DNA of 64,000 nucleotides, taken from assembly GCA_965222075.1 (NCBI GenBank), contig OZ244937.1, positions 4,736,001-4,800,000 of the forward strand. Reading direction: 5' to 3'. Every line of letters starts with the position of its first letter. The stretch's first letter is position 1. Below the pieces are notes generated by a model, which saw only the letters and a list, made by a program, of their open reading frames with translations, had not been told where the DNA came from and ran no database searches. Origin of the DNA: Candidatus Latescibacterota bacterium. Its GTDB lineage: Bacteria > Latescibacterota > UBA2968 > GCA-2709665. Both the position numbers and the translations under genes were made by a program. This document shows positions 27,851-36,974 of this stretch, in pieces.

Positions 27851-29317
27851 TCAGTCTGCTTTTTCAGAGGCCAGCTTCTCCGTCTCCTCCTGGTTGGAAA
27901 CGGTTGTGGGCCATACCCCTCGGGTCCGCAGCATATGCCCCGAATATCCGAAGATCGCGGTCACAACCAACCCCGACCCAATGGTAAAAATCCAGTAAAT
28001 TGCGTCTAAACAGTTGGCCAGAGCCAGAACGCAGAAAAGAGCGGCAAAGAAGTCCCGCCTGCAAGCGAATTTGAGCGAACAGAACACCCGGTGAAACCCC
28101 CCCCGTTTTTCCTGCGGCACCTCTTCCGAAAAGGCCATGTTGAAACTCACGATGCTGCCCGAACCGATATTCTGCAGGTAGAGTAAGACCAGCGAGACGG
28201 CCAGGATATCCAGCGCCAGGACCACCCATCCCAGCGTCAGGATGTACGTCTCGCCCGTCAGCCGATACATGCCATAGATCACACCGATAAAAAAGGCCAG
28301 ATAGGAAATATTATCCCCCAGGGTATCCAACCACTCACCCCTGCGCGATCCCATAAACTTCAGCTTGGCAATCTCCCCATCGCAGCCGTCCGCAATCGAG
28401 GCGAACTGGAAAAGCAGCCCCCCCATCGCCAGCCGCAGGTAGTCCCCCGAAGCCACCCACCAGGCCGCTAAGAAGCTGATACACAGTGTTGCCAGCGAAA
28501 TGTGGTTCGGCACAACCGGGGTGTTCACAAGCAGGCGGGTGATCCGCTTTGAGATCTTCCGGTTGAAAAACCGGGACACAAACCCGTCGGTCGGTCTTCC
28601 CAGCATGCAGAACAGGGCCTGTTCCGCATGCCGGAGAGATTCGGGGGTATCCACATCCAGCCAGAACAGATCTCCCACATCCACCGCACGCATTTTTCCC
28701 TCAGACGCCAGTTCCCGGATGCCGCTGGAAAGGGAATCGTCGCCGGCCGCCACCAAGCGCTCCAGCGCCTCAAACAGGTAGGGGCTGCACAGAAAAAGCC
28801 CGGTATCCACAGCATTGTAGGAACCCAGGCCTTTGCCAATCTGAAGAATCCGGTCTCCCTCTAACGTGACCTTTGTGGCGTCGTCTATATCGAAAATGGC
28901 GTCGAGCCGAGAATCCACGCAGAGAACGGCTTCATCCCCGCCAACCGGCATATTCCGAAGCCTGGCCAAGGCCTGCGGGTCGAACAGGTGATCCGACATC
29001 AGCAAGAGGAAGGGCTCGTTGACGCAGTCCCGGGCCTTGAGGACCGAACGTCCGTTCCCCAATTCCCACTCCGGATTCTCCACCCAGTCGATGTGTACAT
29101 CCACCTGAGGGTCGGACGCAATCGCTTCCCGGACCTCCTGCCCCCGGAAGCCGGTAACGATCACAAACTCCCCGATGCCCGCCCGCTTTGCCAACAGGAT
29201 GGTCCGCTTGAGCAGGCCGACCCCGGCGACCTTAACTAAGGGTTTGGGCAGATCCGCCCCGTTTCCGTTTAGACGGCTACCCCTGCCAGCGGCAATAATC
29301 ACAGCCTTCTTGACCAT
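27851..29317 (-). CDS. Bifunctional NTP-transferase / CDP-alcohol phosphotransferase (IPCT/DIPPS-like)
   Basis: 'IIAAGRGSRL..PKPL', 'LGNGRS', 'LMSDH', 'DDATKV', 'DTGLF', 'WLDVDT'; C-terminal 'PNHIS', 'DGCDGEIAK...G..LD..GD'. Confidence 0.88.
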   Translation of the reverse strand: MVKKAVIIAAGRGSRLNGNGADLPKPLVKVAGVGLLKRTILLAKRAGIGEFVIVTGFRGQEVREAIASDPQVDVHIDWVENPEWELGNGRSVLKARDCVNEPFLLLMSDHLFDPQALARLRNMPVGGDEAVLCVDSRLDAIFDIDDATKVTLEGDRILQIGKGLGSYNAVDTGLFLCSPYLFEALERLVAAGDDSLSSGIRELASEGKMRAVDVGDLFWLDVDTPESLRHAEQALFCMLGRPTDGFVSRFFNRKISKRITRLLVNTPVVPNHISLATLCISFLAAWWVASGDYLRLAMGGLLFQFASIADGCDGEIAKLKFMGSRRGEWLDTLGDNISYLAFFIGVIYGMYRLTGETYILTLGWVVLALDILAVSLVLLYLQNIGSGSIVSFNMAFSEEVPQEKRGGFHRVFCSLKFACRRDFFAALFCVLALANCLDAIYWIFTIGSGLVVTAIFGYSGHMLRTRGVWPTTVSNQEETEKLASEKAD

Positions 29318-29492
29318 ATCCCTCCCTTTCTTAACCTCTCATCGTCCTGAACAGTCCTGATCCCATATCTCGAATCCCACAGGTCGTTCGTCCCTGGCGC
29401 GAAATCAGAAGCAATGAGAGTCCGGCGAATTGTCAACGGTTTACGAAATGATCGGTACGTCTTCCAGGCGCTCCTCTTCAATATCACGGCAA

Positions 29493-30779
29493 TTACTGCC
29501 TCGTCTCCTGCCTGGAGGGTTGCCCGGTATAGGAGTCCATTTTCTTTGCGGTGTCCGCATAGGCCTCAACGGCGATAAAGCGCTTGTTTCCGTTCGCCGA
29601 CCACACCACAATATCGTCGTAGTCTGCTTCCGCCTCTGTTTGCGTGGCGTTGGCATCTGTCAGAATACCGATACCCACCACGACCTTTGGCGGCACCTTG
29701 CCCCAGAGCCGTTTGAAATCCTCGTACAGATTCACCTGTTGGGTGACCCATTGCCCGAGCTTCTCCGGCCCGCTCTGCAAGACCACCACCTTGGGCCGGG
29801 CGATCAGCTTCCGGTCTGCGACCGTGTCTATGGGTAGCGATGTACTCCACACGTACTTGATCTGCGTTGGAATGCCCAGAAAATTTCGTGAATAGACGAT
29901 ATAGATACCGGCCGCACTGTCGTTGATCTCCCCGTAGCGCTCGTCCGCTCCCTCCGGAAGCTTCCAGACCCGCCAGCGCCAGGTCAGGATCGGGTACTTG
30001 TGCAGGTCCCACGAAAGCGGTCTGTAAATAGCAGGAGAGGTTCGATTGTCTTGGGCATGGAGGTAGTGGTTGCCATCCTCCTCAACAACCGTATAGACCT
30101 TGTCAACATTGTCCCGATCCTTCTCCCGCCATTCGCTCCAGCCATTCGCCAGGGCGCCATTGTGTCCGTAGGAGAAATCTTCCAGTACAATATATCCCTG
30201 GTTGGCTACCTCTGCGACGAGGGCACTATACGCCTGCTTGCGGAGAAACTTGGCCAGGTCACGATAGGCCTTCACCAGTCCCTTCTCGTCCACGCTCATA
30301 TCGTGTATCAGCCATTGTCCTCTAAAACGCCGGAGCTGGCAATAAACCTCCAGGATCCCACCGGACTTGAAAGGCACCAGGAGCCGCACCCTGGCCACAT
30401 GCTGCTTCTCCTCAATCCCTTCAACGGTAATCCCGTCGAGTCGATACCCCGGCACACGCTCAAGCAGATCCTCCGTCAGCCGATTGGCAAACACGTCGAT
30501 AAACTGTTTTCGTTCCTCAACCGTAATCTTGTACCAACGCTTCTTTAAAATCGCCTGCCCCGTCCCTATAAAATCAAACGATGCCAGCAAGAATCCGCCC
30601 ACAGCCTTCCGCTTCTGGGCCACGGCCTCCCGGTTTAGGCTCTCCCCAAGGGCAGTCACATACCCCTCGACTGCTTTCGACGATGAAGACGGCTCTGCAA
30701 AGATGTGTCCGGGAAGACAGACAAGGGTAAGAACAAGCCAAAGAAATGTCATATTGCGCAACATATCGTTCCTGTTCAT
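29493..30779 (-). CDS. MlaC-like plus DUF3047 fusion protein
   Basis: Signal peptide; N-half 'FDF......L...W......ERKQF...WLIHDMSVD..GLV..YR'; C-half 'P.LTWRWRV.KLPEG.DER....DSAA.IY...KYVWS...IGILTD'. Confidence 0.75.
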   Translation of the reverse strand: MNRNDMLRNMTFLWLVLTLVCLPGHIFAEPSSSSKAVEGYVTALGESLNREAVAQKRKAVGGFLLASFDFIGTGQAILKKRWYKITVEERKQFIDVFANRLTEDLLERVPGYRLDGITVEGIEEKQHVARVRLLVPFKSGGILEVYCQLRRFRGQWLIHDMSVDEKGLVKAYRDLAKFLRKQAYSALVAEVANQGYIVLEDFSYGHNGALANGWSEWREKDRDNVDKVYTVVEEDGNHYLHAQDNRTSPAIYRPLSWDLHKYPILTWRWRVWKLPEGADERYGEINDSAAGIYIVYSRNFLGIPTQIKYVWSTSLPIDTVADRKLIARPKVVVLQSGPEKLGQWVTQQVNLYEDFKRLWGKVPPKVVVGIGILTDANATQTEAEADYDDIVVWSANGNKRFIAVEAYADTAKKMDSYTGQPSRQETRQ

Positions 30780-30789
30780 TATGTTTTCC

Positions 30790-32136
30790 CTACTCCACAA
30801 TAGAATGCCCTGTCGCCTTCTGCAACGCTGCCCAGGTCCGATTGAATTCAAAGATATTGTGATAGTGCTTGGCCCGGATGATGCCGTATTCCTTCACAGC
30901 ATCGATCAATTCACTCGCCTCTTCCAAGCCGGCATTAAACCCATCCCGGGCCGAAATAAACCAGCGCCGGGTCGCCTTAACGGCCTCATTGGACGCCGCC
31001 ACATTGGCCTCGGCCTCTCGAAGCGTCCGATAGATCTTTTCTACCTCCAACTCCGCCCCCTTTTGGGCCAGGCTTACCTGATAGACCAGCTTCTGATGTT
31101 CCAACCGGGCCTTCCTCACCCTGGCCGAAGTTCCTGCAAACGAAAGGTTCTGTCGGATACCCAGGATTGCCCCTCCCTGAAAAAAGTTGAAATCGTCCCG
31201 TGCAAAGGGGCTTGTGATGTCATCCCGATTAGGCGCATAGCTGTATTTGAGCTGCCCCCCTAGAAAGAACTGCGGAAAATAGCTGCTTCTCTCTGCCTGC
31301 ACCAGTGCTTTCCTTACCTCAATCCCGGCCCAGAGCTGCCTGAGGTCTGCCCGTCTCTCAGCCTGCCGGACATAGTCCTCCAACGGAAGAATCTCAACCT
31401 CCAGGGGCCTGAGGCGCTCCTCAACTAAGGCAATCGAGTCCGTGCTCGACAGGTCCAGAAGCATCCGAAGCGCCGAAGCCGCCAGCGCGCTTCCCTTTTC
31501 AACCTTATTGGCGTTTTCTTCCACATCGTAAACAAACCGATCCAGACGCGCCAGATCGGTATAGGTATACTCCCCGGTGTCCTCTTCCAGCCCCTCTTCA
31601 ACGTTGTTTCGGGCCTTCCGGATCTCTTCTTGCGCCTCTTCGGCCAATCTCCAGAGCTCCTTCGTCAACAGCCGAAGATAGTAGGCCTCCGTTACCTGCA
31701 GCTCGAGATCCACCTGGGTCTTCTGCAACCCAGCGCGCCGGACGTTCCTCCCCCCTTTGGCGGCATCTTGCGCAGCTTTGAGCTTCCCAAAGGTATAGAT
31801 CGGCTGAACCAAAGAGGCCTCTGTCCGGGTAAACACGCTCAAGCTCCAAAGGTCAGTATCTCCCACCAGCGCATTTCCCCGGGCCTTTGGAGAAGGCCCT
31901 ACAATCCACGTAAAATCAAATTTGGGCAGCAAACGGGCCGCTCGCGCCTGAGCCAGCTGCGCCTCTGCAATGCGCACGTCTACCTCTGCGGCCCGAACCG
32001 CTGGGCTGACCTCAAGCGCACGGGCAACACAGGCCGCCAGATCGTACCGGACCGGTGTCCCCCCCCCATCCGCTGCAACGGCCGGACAAACACTCAAAAA
32101 AATGCCCAACAGCCCCCGAAAGACCCCCTGCTGCAT
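30790..32136 (-). CDS. TolC family outer-membrane efflux protein
   Basis: Signal peptide, 'RALEVSP', 'LLPKF', 'QPIYTFGK', 'AYY', 'YFPQF', terminal 'ATG'; two OEP repeats. Confidence 0.85.
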   Translation of the reverse strand: MQQGVFRGLLGIFLSVCPAVAADGGGTPVRYDLAACVARALEVSPAVRAAEVDVRIAEAQLAQARAARLLPKFDFTWIVGPSPKARGNALVGDTDLWSLSVFTRTEASLVQPIYTFGKLKAAQDAAKGGRNVRRAGLQKTQVDLELQVTEAYYLRLLTKELWRLAEEAQEEIRKARNNVEEGLEEDTGEYTYTDLARLDRFVYDVEENANKVEKGSALAASALRMLLDLSSTDSIALVEERLRPLEVEILPLEDYVRQAERRADLRQLWAGIEVRKALVQAERSSYFPQFFLGGQLKYSYAPNRDDITSPFARDDFNFFQGGAILGIRQNLSFAGTSARVRKARLEHQKLVYQVSLAQKGAELEVEKIYRTLREAEANVAASNEAVKATRRWFISARDGFNAGLEEASELIDAVKEYGIIRAKHYHNIFEFNRTWAALQKATGHSIVE

Positions 32137-32325
32137 CCCTATACGTGAATTTTTACTACATGTGTAGATTTTTTGCAACGCATACATCCCCAGCACGCCT
32201 GAACAGCCAAAACGTCCATACAGGCGTTCTAAATTAGTAACCCGATATAAAACAATAAAATGTTTCTAAAATACTCGGAGTATGTCGTGACAAAACTACC
32301 TTTCATGCGAAATGTATGCCATATT

Positions 32326-33345
32326 TCACGCCCGGTCCGGTCCTTTCTCCACCTGCTCCGAAAGCCCTGCCCCGGATTCGTCGACAGGCCGTGGAATGCC
32401 CGGCAGGAGGAGCAGAAACCCCAACAGCACCCAGAAAATCTTCCGGATCCGCCGGATGACCCCAACGGCCAGCCCCAGCCCGGAGCCCAGCCCCAGCAGG
32501 TGAAAAAGAAAGACGTGGCCCCCTTCGAATACCCCGACCCCCGAGGGAATAAAGAAAAACGCCGTATTGATAATTACCGAGAGGGAACACAGCAAAAACG
32601 CCGACACAAAGGGCAGAGGTTGGCCCAGCCACCGGAGGATAAAATAGACCTCCAGCGTCCCCAGCACCCAACTGAGGGAATGTAGCCCCAGCGAAATCAG
32701 GAACCCCCTCCAATTTTGCCGGTAGAAAGCGGCGATGTTCCGGTCCATCTCCTCCACCTTCTGTCGCCGTCCTTCTAAGAAGGGCAGCCGAAGCCGCTTC
32801 AGCAGATTGAGGATCCAGCCGAAGGCGTTCTGCCGCTGCTTCAACACCCCAGCCACAATGCCCAGGGTCGCCAGCAACAGCCCCACAGCCAGCCCCTTCT
32901 GGACTGCCACCGGCAGGGAAAACTGTCGAACCGCCATTACAGCGCCCAGCAGGACAAAGCCCAGCCCGCTGATAAATTCCGTCGTCTTATTAATGACCAC
33001 CGACGGCAGCCCCCTGGTCACGGACACCTGCGCTCGCAGCATGTAGGCCTTGGCCACCTCTCCCGCCACAGAAACCGGCATCACCTGCCCCACCGCCTCT
33101 CCGCCCAGCTTGGTTCGAAACAGCGTCCAAAACCCCGACCGTTGCTCACCGCGCTGCCCAAAGCAGGCCGCCCACGCCCAGGTGTTGCTCAGGTTCCAGA
33201 GCAGCGAGATGCCCAGTACAGGGATATACCCCCATCCCATCGTCTGAACGTACGTCCAGACGTCCTCCACACCCACCCGGTAGAAGAGCAGGCCCAGCAG
33301 AAGGAGGCCCAGACTCCAGAACAGGACCCGGTGTTTCTGTTTCAT
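32326..33345 (-). CDS. Lysylphosphatidylglycerol-synthase TM / flippase-like domain protein (HpnL-like)
   Basis: Multi-TM; 'GEAV..VMP...AGEVAKAY', 'FFIPSGVGVFEG', 'IRRIR'. Confidence 0.85.
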   Translation of the reverse strand: MKQKHRVLFWSLGLLLLGLLFYRVGVEDVWTYVQTMGWGYIPVLGISLLWNLSNTWAWAACFGQRGEQRSGFWTLFRTKLGGEAVGQVMPVSVAGEVAKAYMLRAQVSVTRGLPSVVINKTTEFISGLGFVLLGAVMAVRQFSLPVAVQKGLAVGLLLATLGIVAGVLKQRQNAFGWILNLLKRLRLPFLEGRRQKVEEMDRNIAAFYRQNWRGFLISLGLHSLSWVLGTLEVYFILRWLGQPLPFVSAFLLCSLSVIINTAFFFIPSGVGVFEGGHVFLFHLLGLGSGLGLAVGVIRRIRKIFWVLLGFLLLLPGIPRPVDESGAGLSEQVEKGPDRA

Positions 33346-33365
33346 ACTTCCCATCCAGCGCATAC

Positions 33366-33398
33366 AAAAAGGGCGACGGCTATGTTCCCGCGTCGCCC
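33366..33398 (-). terminator. Intrinsic terminator after TPR-PPIase gene
   Basis: Minus strand GGGCGACG-N12-CGTCGCCC-TTTTT. Confidence 0.7.
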
Positions 33399-33437
33399 GA
33401 CGGATCTTAGAAGCGACCTGAGAAACCTCTGTTTCAT

Positions 33438-35057
33438 TCAGTTGAGTCGCATGATAATATGGTACCCCACCGGGGTGCGCACAATCCCGCTGGTCTCCCC
33501 CACCTTCAGCTTTAAAACTGCCTCTTCAAAAACCAGATGCATGTCGCCTGGAGAGAAAAATCCCAAATTTCCTCCATCCGGCATATTGTACTCCCGGGCC
33601 AGTTCGATATAGTCCGCACCTGCCTTCAGCCTATCCAGAATCGCCTGGGCCTCGGCCTCTGTCTTCACCAAGATGTGCCGCGCCCGGAGCTTCCCTGCTT
33701 GAATCGACTCTAAGATCTCGAGGTTGTTTTGAGCGTCGCTCAACATCGCTGCATCCGAACTGAATTCCACGGCCTTCCGGTAGGCGGACCTTGCCCGCTC
33801 CAGATCATCCATAAGGTAGTAAACGTACCCAATATCACTGTAAAGCCTTGCATCTTTAGAAGCCACTTTCTGCGCCTCTTCATAAAGCTGAAGGCAGGTC
33901 TGGAACTCTGCCTTTGCACGCTCCAGATCCCCCCTCTCCTTGTAGATCTGTCCCAGCATAATCCGGAAAGCCGGTGCCTGGGGCGCCATCTTAACCACCT
34001 TCTCGTATTCCTGAAGCGCGGCATCCCATTTCTCCTGCCGCAGGTAAAGCTGTCCCAGGGCGTTTCGAACCTCTATATCCTCAGGGTTCAACTGCAGGGT
34101 CTTCTGCCAGGCCTGCTGGGCGATGTTCAGCGAGTCCACTTCCCAGGCCATAAATCCCATCGCCCGGTAGACCTGAGGATCCTCAGGGGCGACCAGCGCC
34201 CCCTGCTGGTAGGCCTGAAACGCCTCTTCGGTTTTTTCCATGCCGTGGTAAATGCCTCCCTTATGGACAAATAGCATGGCATTTCCGGGATCCTGCTTCA
34301 GCCCCCTGTCTAAGACCTCCAGCCCTGCCTCAAAATTTTGCATCGTCGCATGGATCAGTGCCAGACTCGAATAGGCGTCGATCGTTTCCGGCTGCTGTCG
34401 AATCGCCTCTTCTAAGTCGGCAATCGCCAGTTGGACCTTGCCGGTATTCCTGTAAACCATAGCGCGATCCATCAGCAAGGGTGGAAATTCGGGGTTTCGT
34501 TCCAGCCCCTCGTTCAGGACCTCCAGCCCCTCCTCAAGATTCTTGAGCGACACGTGGACCATCGCCAGACTCGAATAGGCGTCGGCGTTGTCCGGCTGCT
34601 GCCGAATCGCCTCTTCTAAGTCGGCAATCGCCAGATCGGGCCTGCGCATGTTCCTGTGGACCACGGCGCGGTCCATCAACAGGGGTGGAAATCCGGGATT
34701 CCGCTCCAGGCCTTCGTTTAAAACCTTCAGCGCCTCCTCGTTCTGCCCTATCCTGGCGTGGAGCACAGCCAAGGTGGTGTAGTTCTCCGCCCCGTCGGGC
34801 CTCAGATCGATCACCCTCCGAAACGCAGCCACCGCATCATCGATTCGCCCTATTTCTGCGTAGAGCGTTCCCAGAAGTCCATGCGCATCCACGCTGTCTG
34901 GATAGGCGTCCACAAAAGACCGGGCGATCGCCAGGGTAGAGTTGACCTGTGCCTGTCGATAGGTGGCCTCAATCTCTTTCACGTAGTCCCTGGCCGCCAC
35001 AGGCCTGCTCCACAACCCGATGGCAACACAAAAAAGCATAATCACGATCGATTTCAA
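33438..35057 (-). CDS. Secreted TPR protein with C-terminal parvulin-type PPIase domain
   Basis: Signal peptide, many TPRs, 'RARHILVK...GGNLGFF...FEEAV..LKVGE.S..VRT..GYHII'; TTG 35057 after GGAGGG. Confidence 0.88.
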   Translation of the reverse strand: MKSIVIMLFCVAIGLWSRPVAARDYVKEIEATYRQAQVNSTLAIARSFVDAYPDSVDAHGLLGTLYAEIGRIDDAVAAFRRVIDLRPDGAENYTTLAVLHARIGQNEEALKVLNEGLERNPGFPPLLMDRAVVHRNMRRPDLAIADLEEAIRQQPDNADAYSSLAMVHVSLKNLEEGLEVLNEGLERNPEFPPLLMDRAMVYRNTGKVQLAIADLEEAIRQQPETIDAYSSLALIHATMQNFEAGLEVLDRGLKQDPGNAMLFVHKGGIYHGMEKTEEAFQAYQQGALVAPEDPQVYRAMGFMAWEVDSLNIAQQAWQKTLQLNPEDIEVRNALGQLYLRQEKWDAALQEYEKVVKMAPQAPAFRIMLGQIYKERGDLERAKAEFQTCLQLYEEAQKVASKDARLYSDIGYVYYLMDDLERARSAYRKAVEFSSDAAMLSDAQNNLEILESIQAGKLRARHILVKTEAEAQAILDRLKAGADYIELAREYNMPDGGNLGFFSPGDMHLVFEEAVLKLKVGETSGIVRTPVGYHIIMRLN

Positions 35058-35168
35058 GCTATTCCCTCCATCTCCTTCGGGTTTTCCCGAATACCTTGAC
35101 AAGCCACCCAGATCCCCGTATAATCCAATTGCGGATTGTGGATCTCCACCCCGGACGATTGGCTAAGG

Positions 35169-35202
35169 CCTGCCTGCCGAGCATCCATCCGGCGCAGGCA
35201 GG
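35169..35202. repeat. REP-like palindromic element CCTGCCTG...CAGGCAGG
   Basis: cctgcctgccgagcatccatccggcgcaggcagg; the same element recurs, split, at 41602-41663. Confidence 0.8.
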
Positions 35203-35303
35203 TCTCCGGCGGGCTGGCGTCCGGCTCACCGGATCGTCTCCCCTCCCTGGAATGAAGGCCTTTAAATCCGCAGTCCGAAATCCGAAATGTCCCGGACCCG
35301 CTT

Positions 35304-35933
35304 ATGACCCTCCTACAGCGCGACCTGATTCCCCTTTCAGCCATCCTGCTTGCCTTCACAGGATCCTACCTCGCCTACGACCATCTTCCGCCCCGCATCC
35401 CGGTCCACTGGGGAATCGACGGACGGATCGACAACTATTTCCACAAAAGGTTGGGCGTCTACCTCAACCCGGGGATGATGGCACTCGTTTATATCTTCTT
35501 CCGGCTGATCCCCTATGCAGATCGGCATCGGGTAAAACAACTCAGAGAGATCGGCATCTACAATCGCTTTCGGAATGCGGCCGTACTCCTCTTCGGCTAT
35601 GTCCACCTCTTGGGCCTCGGCATCGGCCTCCGCTGGGCCAGCCCCGAGGCGAATCTCCTCATCGGCGGTGCCTCCCTGCTGGTCCTGTTTGTCGGCGACT
35701 ACATGCAAACGGTTCAACCCTCCAGGCTCGACCGCCTGCTGTACCGCACCGGCATCGCCCCCTCCGCTGCTGCGCGTCACCGCATCTGCCGCAGTTTCAC
35801 ACTCGCAGGACTCTGTGGACTTATCGGCACCCTCACCGGACGGGTCCAGGCCCTCTGGCTGCTGCTCCCCCTCCTCACCGGCCTGTTCTATACCCGCCTC
35901 CGCTTCCCGGCAGACAAAGGGCCTGCCTCGTGA
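35304..35933 (+). CDS. DUF1648/SdpI-like membrane protein
   Basis: 'LPPRIPVHWGIDGRIDNY' DUF1648 motif; about six TM segments. Confidence 0.8.
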   Translation: MTLLQRDLIPLSAILLAFTGSYLAYDHLPPRIPVHWGIDGRIDNYFHKRLGVYLNPGMMALVYIFFRLIPYADRHRVKQLREIGIYNRFRNAAVLLFGYVHLLGLGIGLRWASPEANLLIGGASLLVLFVGDYMQTVQPSRLDRLLYRTGIAPSAAARHRICRSFTLAGLCGLIGTLTGRVQALWLLLPLLTGLFYTRLRFPADKGPAS

Positions 35934-36817
35934 AGGTCCTCAACGAACGCTTAACCCTCAGCGCCGGCAGCCTGGCCCTTTTAACCGCAGTTCTCTGGGG
36001 AGGCAATTCCGTCGCCATCAAACTCGCCCTGGCCGGCATGCCGCCCCTCGCCCTGGCCGGTGCCCGGTTTCTCCTGGGCGGCTTAACCGTGCTTACCTGG
36101 GCGGTCTTGATCCGGATCCCTCTCCGTCTAAAAGCCGGCGAGAGGCGAGGCCTCTTTCAGCTGGTCTTCCTCTTTATCGCCCAGATCTACCTCCTCAACG
36201 CAGGCACCCACTCCACCCTGGCCAGCCGCTCCACGGTTTTCATCTCCACCTATCCCTTCTTCATAGCCCTCTTTGCTCACCTCTTCCTCCCTGGAGACCG
36301 CTTCAGCCGCCTCAAAATCATCGGCATGGTCCTTTCATTCGCCGGCGTGGTCCTCATCTTTGCCGAAAGCCTCGCCCTGGGTGAACTCGGCCACCTTCCC
36401 GGAGACCTGATGGTCCTGATCAGCGGCCTTCTCCTCGGCGCGCGGCAGGTCTATACCAAACGGCTCACGCAGGGCATCCACCCCGCCAAGCTCCTCCTCT
36501 GGCAGGCAACCCTCAGCCTGCCCGTCTTCGCCCTCCTCAGCGCCCTCCTGGAAGGAGGGACCTCCTATCGCTTTACCCCAGCCGTCGTGGGCGCCATCCT
36601 CTATCAGGGGCTCATCATCGCCGGATTCTGTTTCCTTGTCGCAACCACCCTGCTGCGCCGGTACAGGGCCAGCCGGCTGGGCGTATTCGGCTTTGTCACT
36701 CCCGCCTTCGGCGTCCTGTTGAGCAACCTCCTCTTAGGCGAAAGCCTCTCTCCCGGCCTCCTGGCCAGTATGCTCCTCGTCGGCGCCGGCATCGCCATTG
36801 TCAACAGTGAAACGTGA
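35930..36817 (+). CDS. DMT/EamA family transporter
   Basis: 'LWGGNSVAIKLAL..MPP..LAGARF', two EamA repeats; GTG start overlaps upstream TGA (GTGA). Confidence 0.9.
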   Translation: MKVLNERLTLSAGSLALLTAVLWGGNSVAIKLALAGMPPLALAGARFLLGGLTVLTWAVLIRIPLRLKAGERRGLFQLVFLFIAQIYLLNAGTHSTLASRSTVFISTYPFFIALFAHLFLPGDRFSRLKIIGMVLSFAGVVLIFAESLALGELGHLPGDLMVLISGLLLGARQVYTKRLTQGIHPAKLLLWQATLSLPVFALLSALLEGGTSYRFTPAVVGAILYQGLIIAGFCFLVATTLLRRYRASRLGVFGFVTPAFGVLLSNLLLGESLSPGLLASMLLVGAGIAIVNSET

Positions 36818-36974
36818 AACAGGGATGGGAGACGATTCGGTTTTCTGAGACATCACACGCCCGTAAACGTGGAGGATGGGAGCACTGTCGCTATCGCGAA
36901 GCCCTCTGGGATACCCGAGACACCTCCGCCGGGGCCTTTCAACGGGCCAAATTCGCAAAATTTTCACCTCTCCC

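Noticed and set aside
24640-33345. Calling the cluster a hopanoid (hpn) locus
   Set aside because: Only transport-type homologs are present; no shc, hpnCDE, hpnH or hpnG in the window
35096-36817. 573-aa ORF suggesting a long N-terminal extension on the DMT transporter
   Set aside because: The extension is Pro/Arg-rich off-frame reading of intergenic repeats and the DUF1648 gene; a GTGA overlap supports the start at 35930
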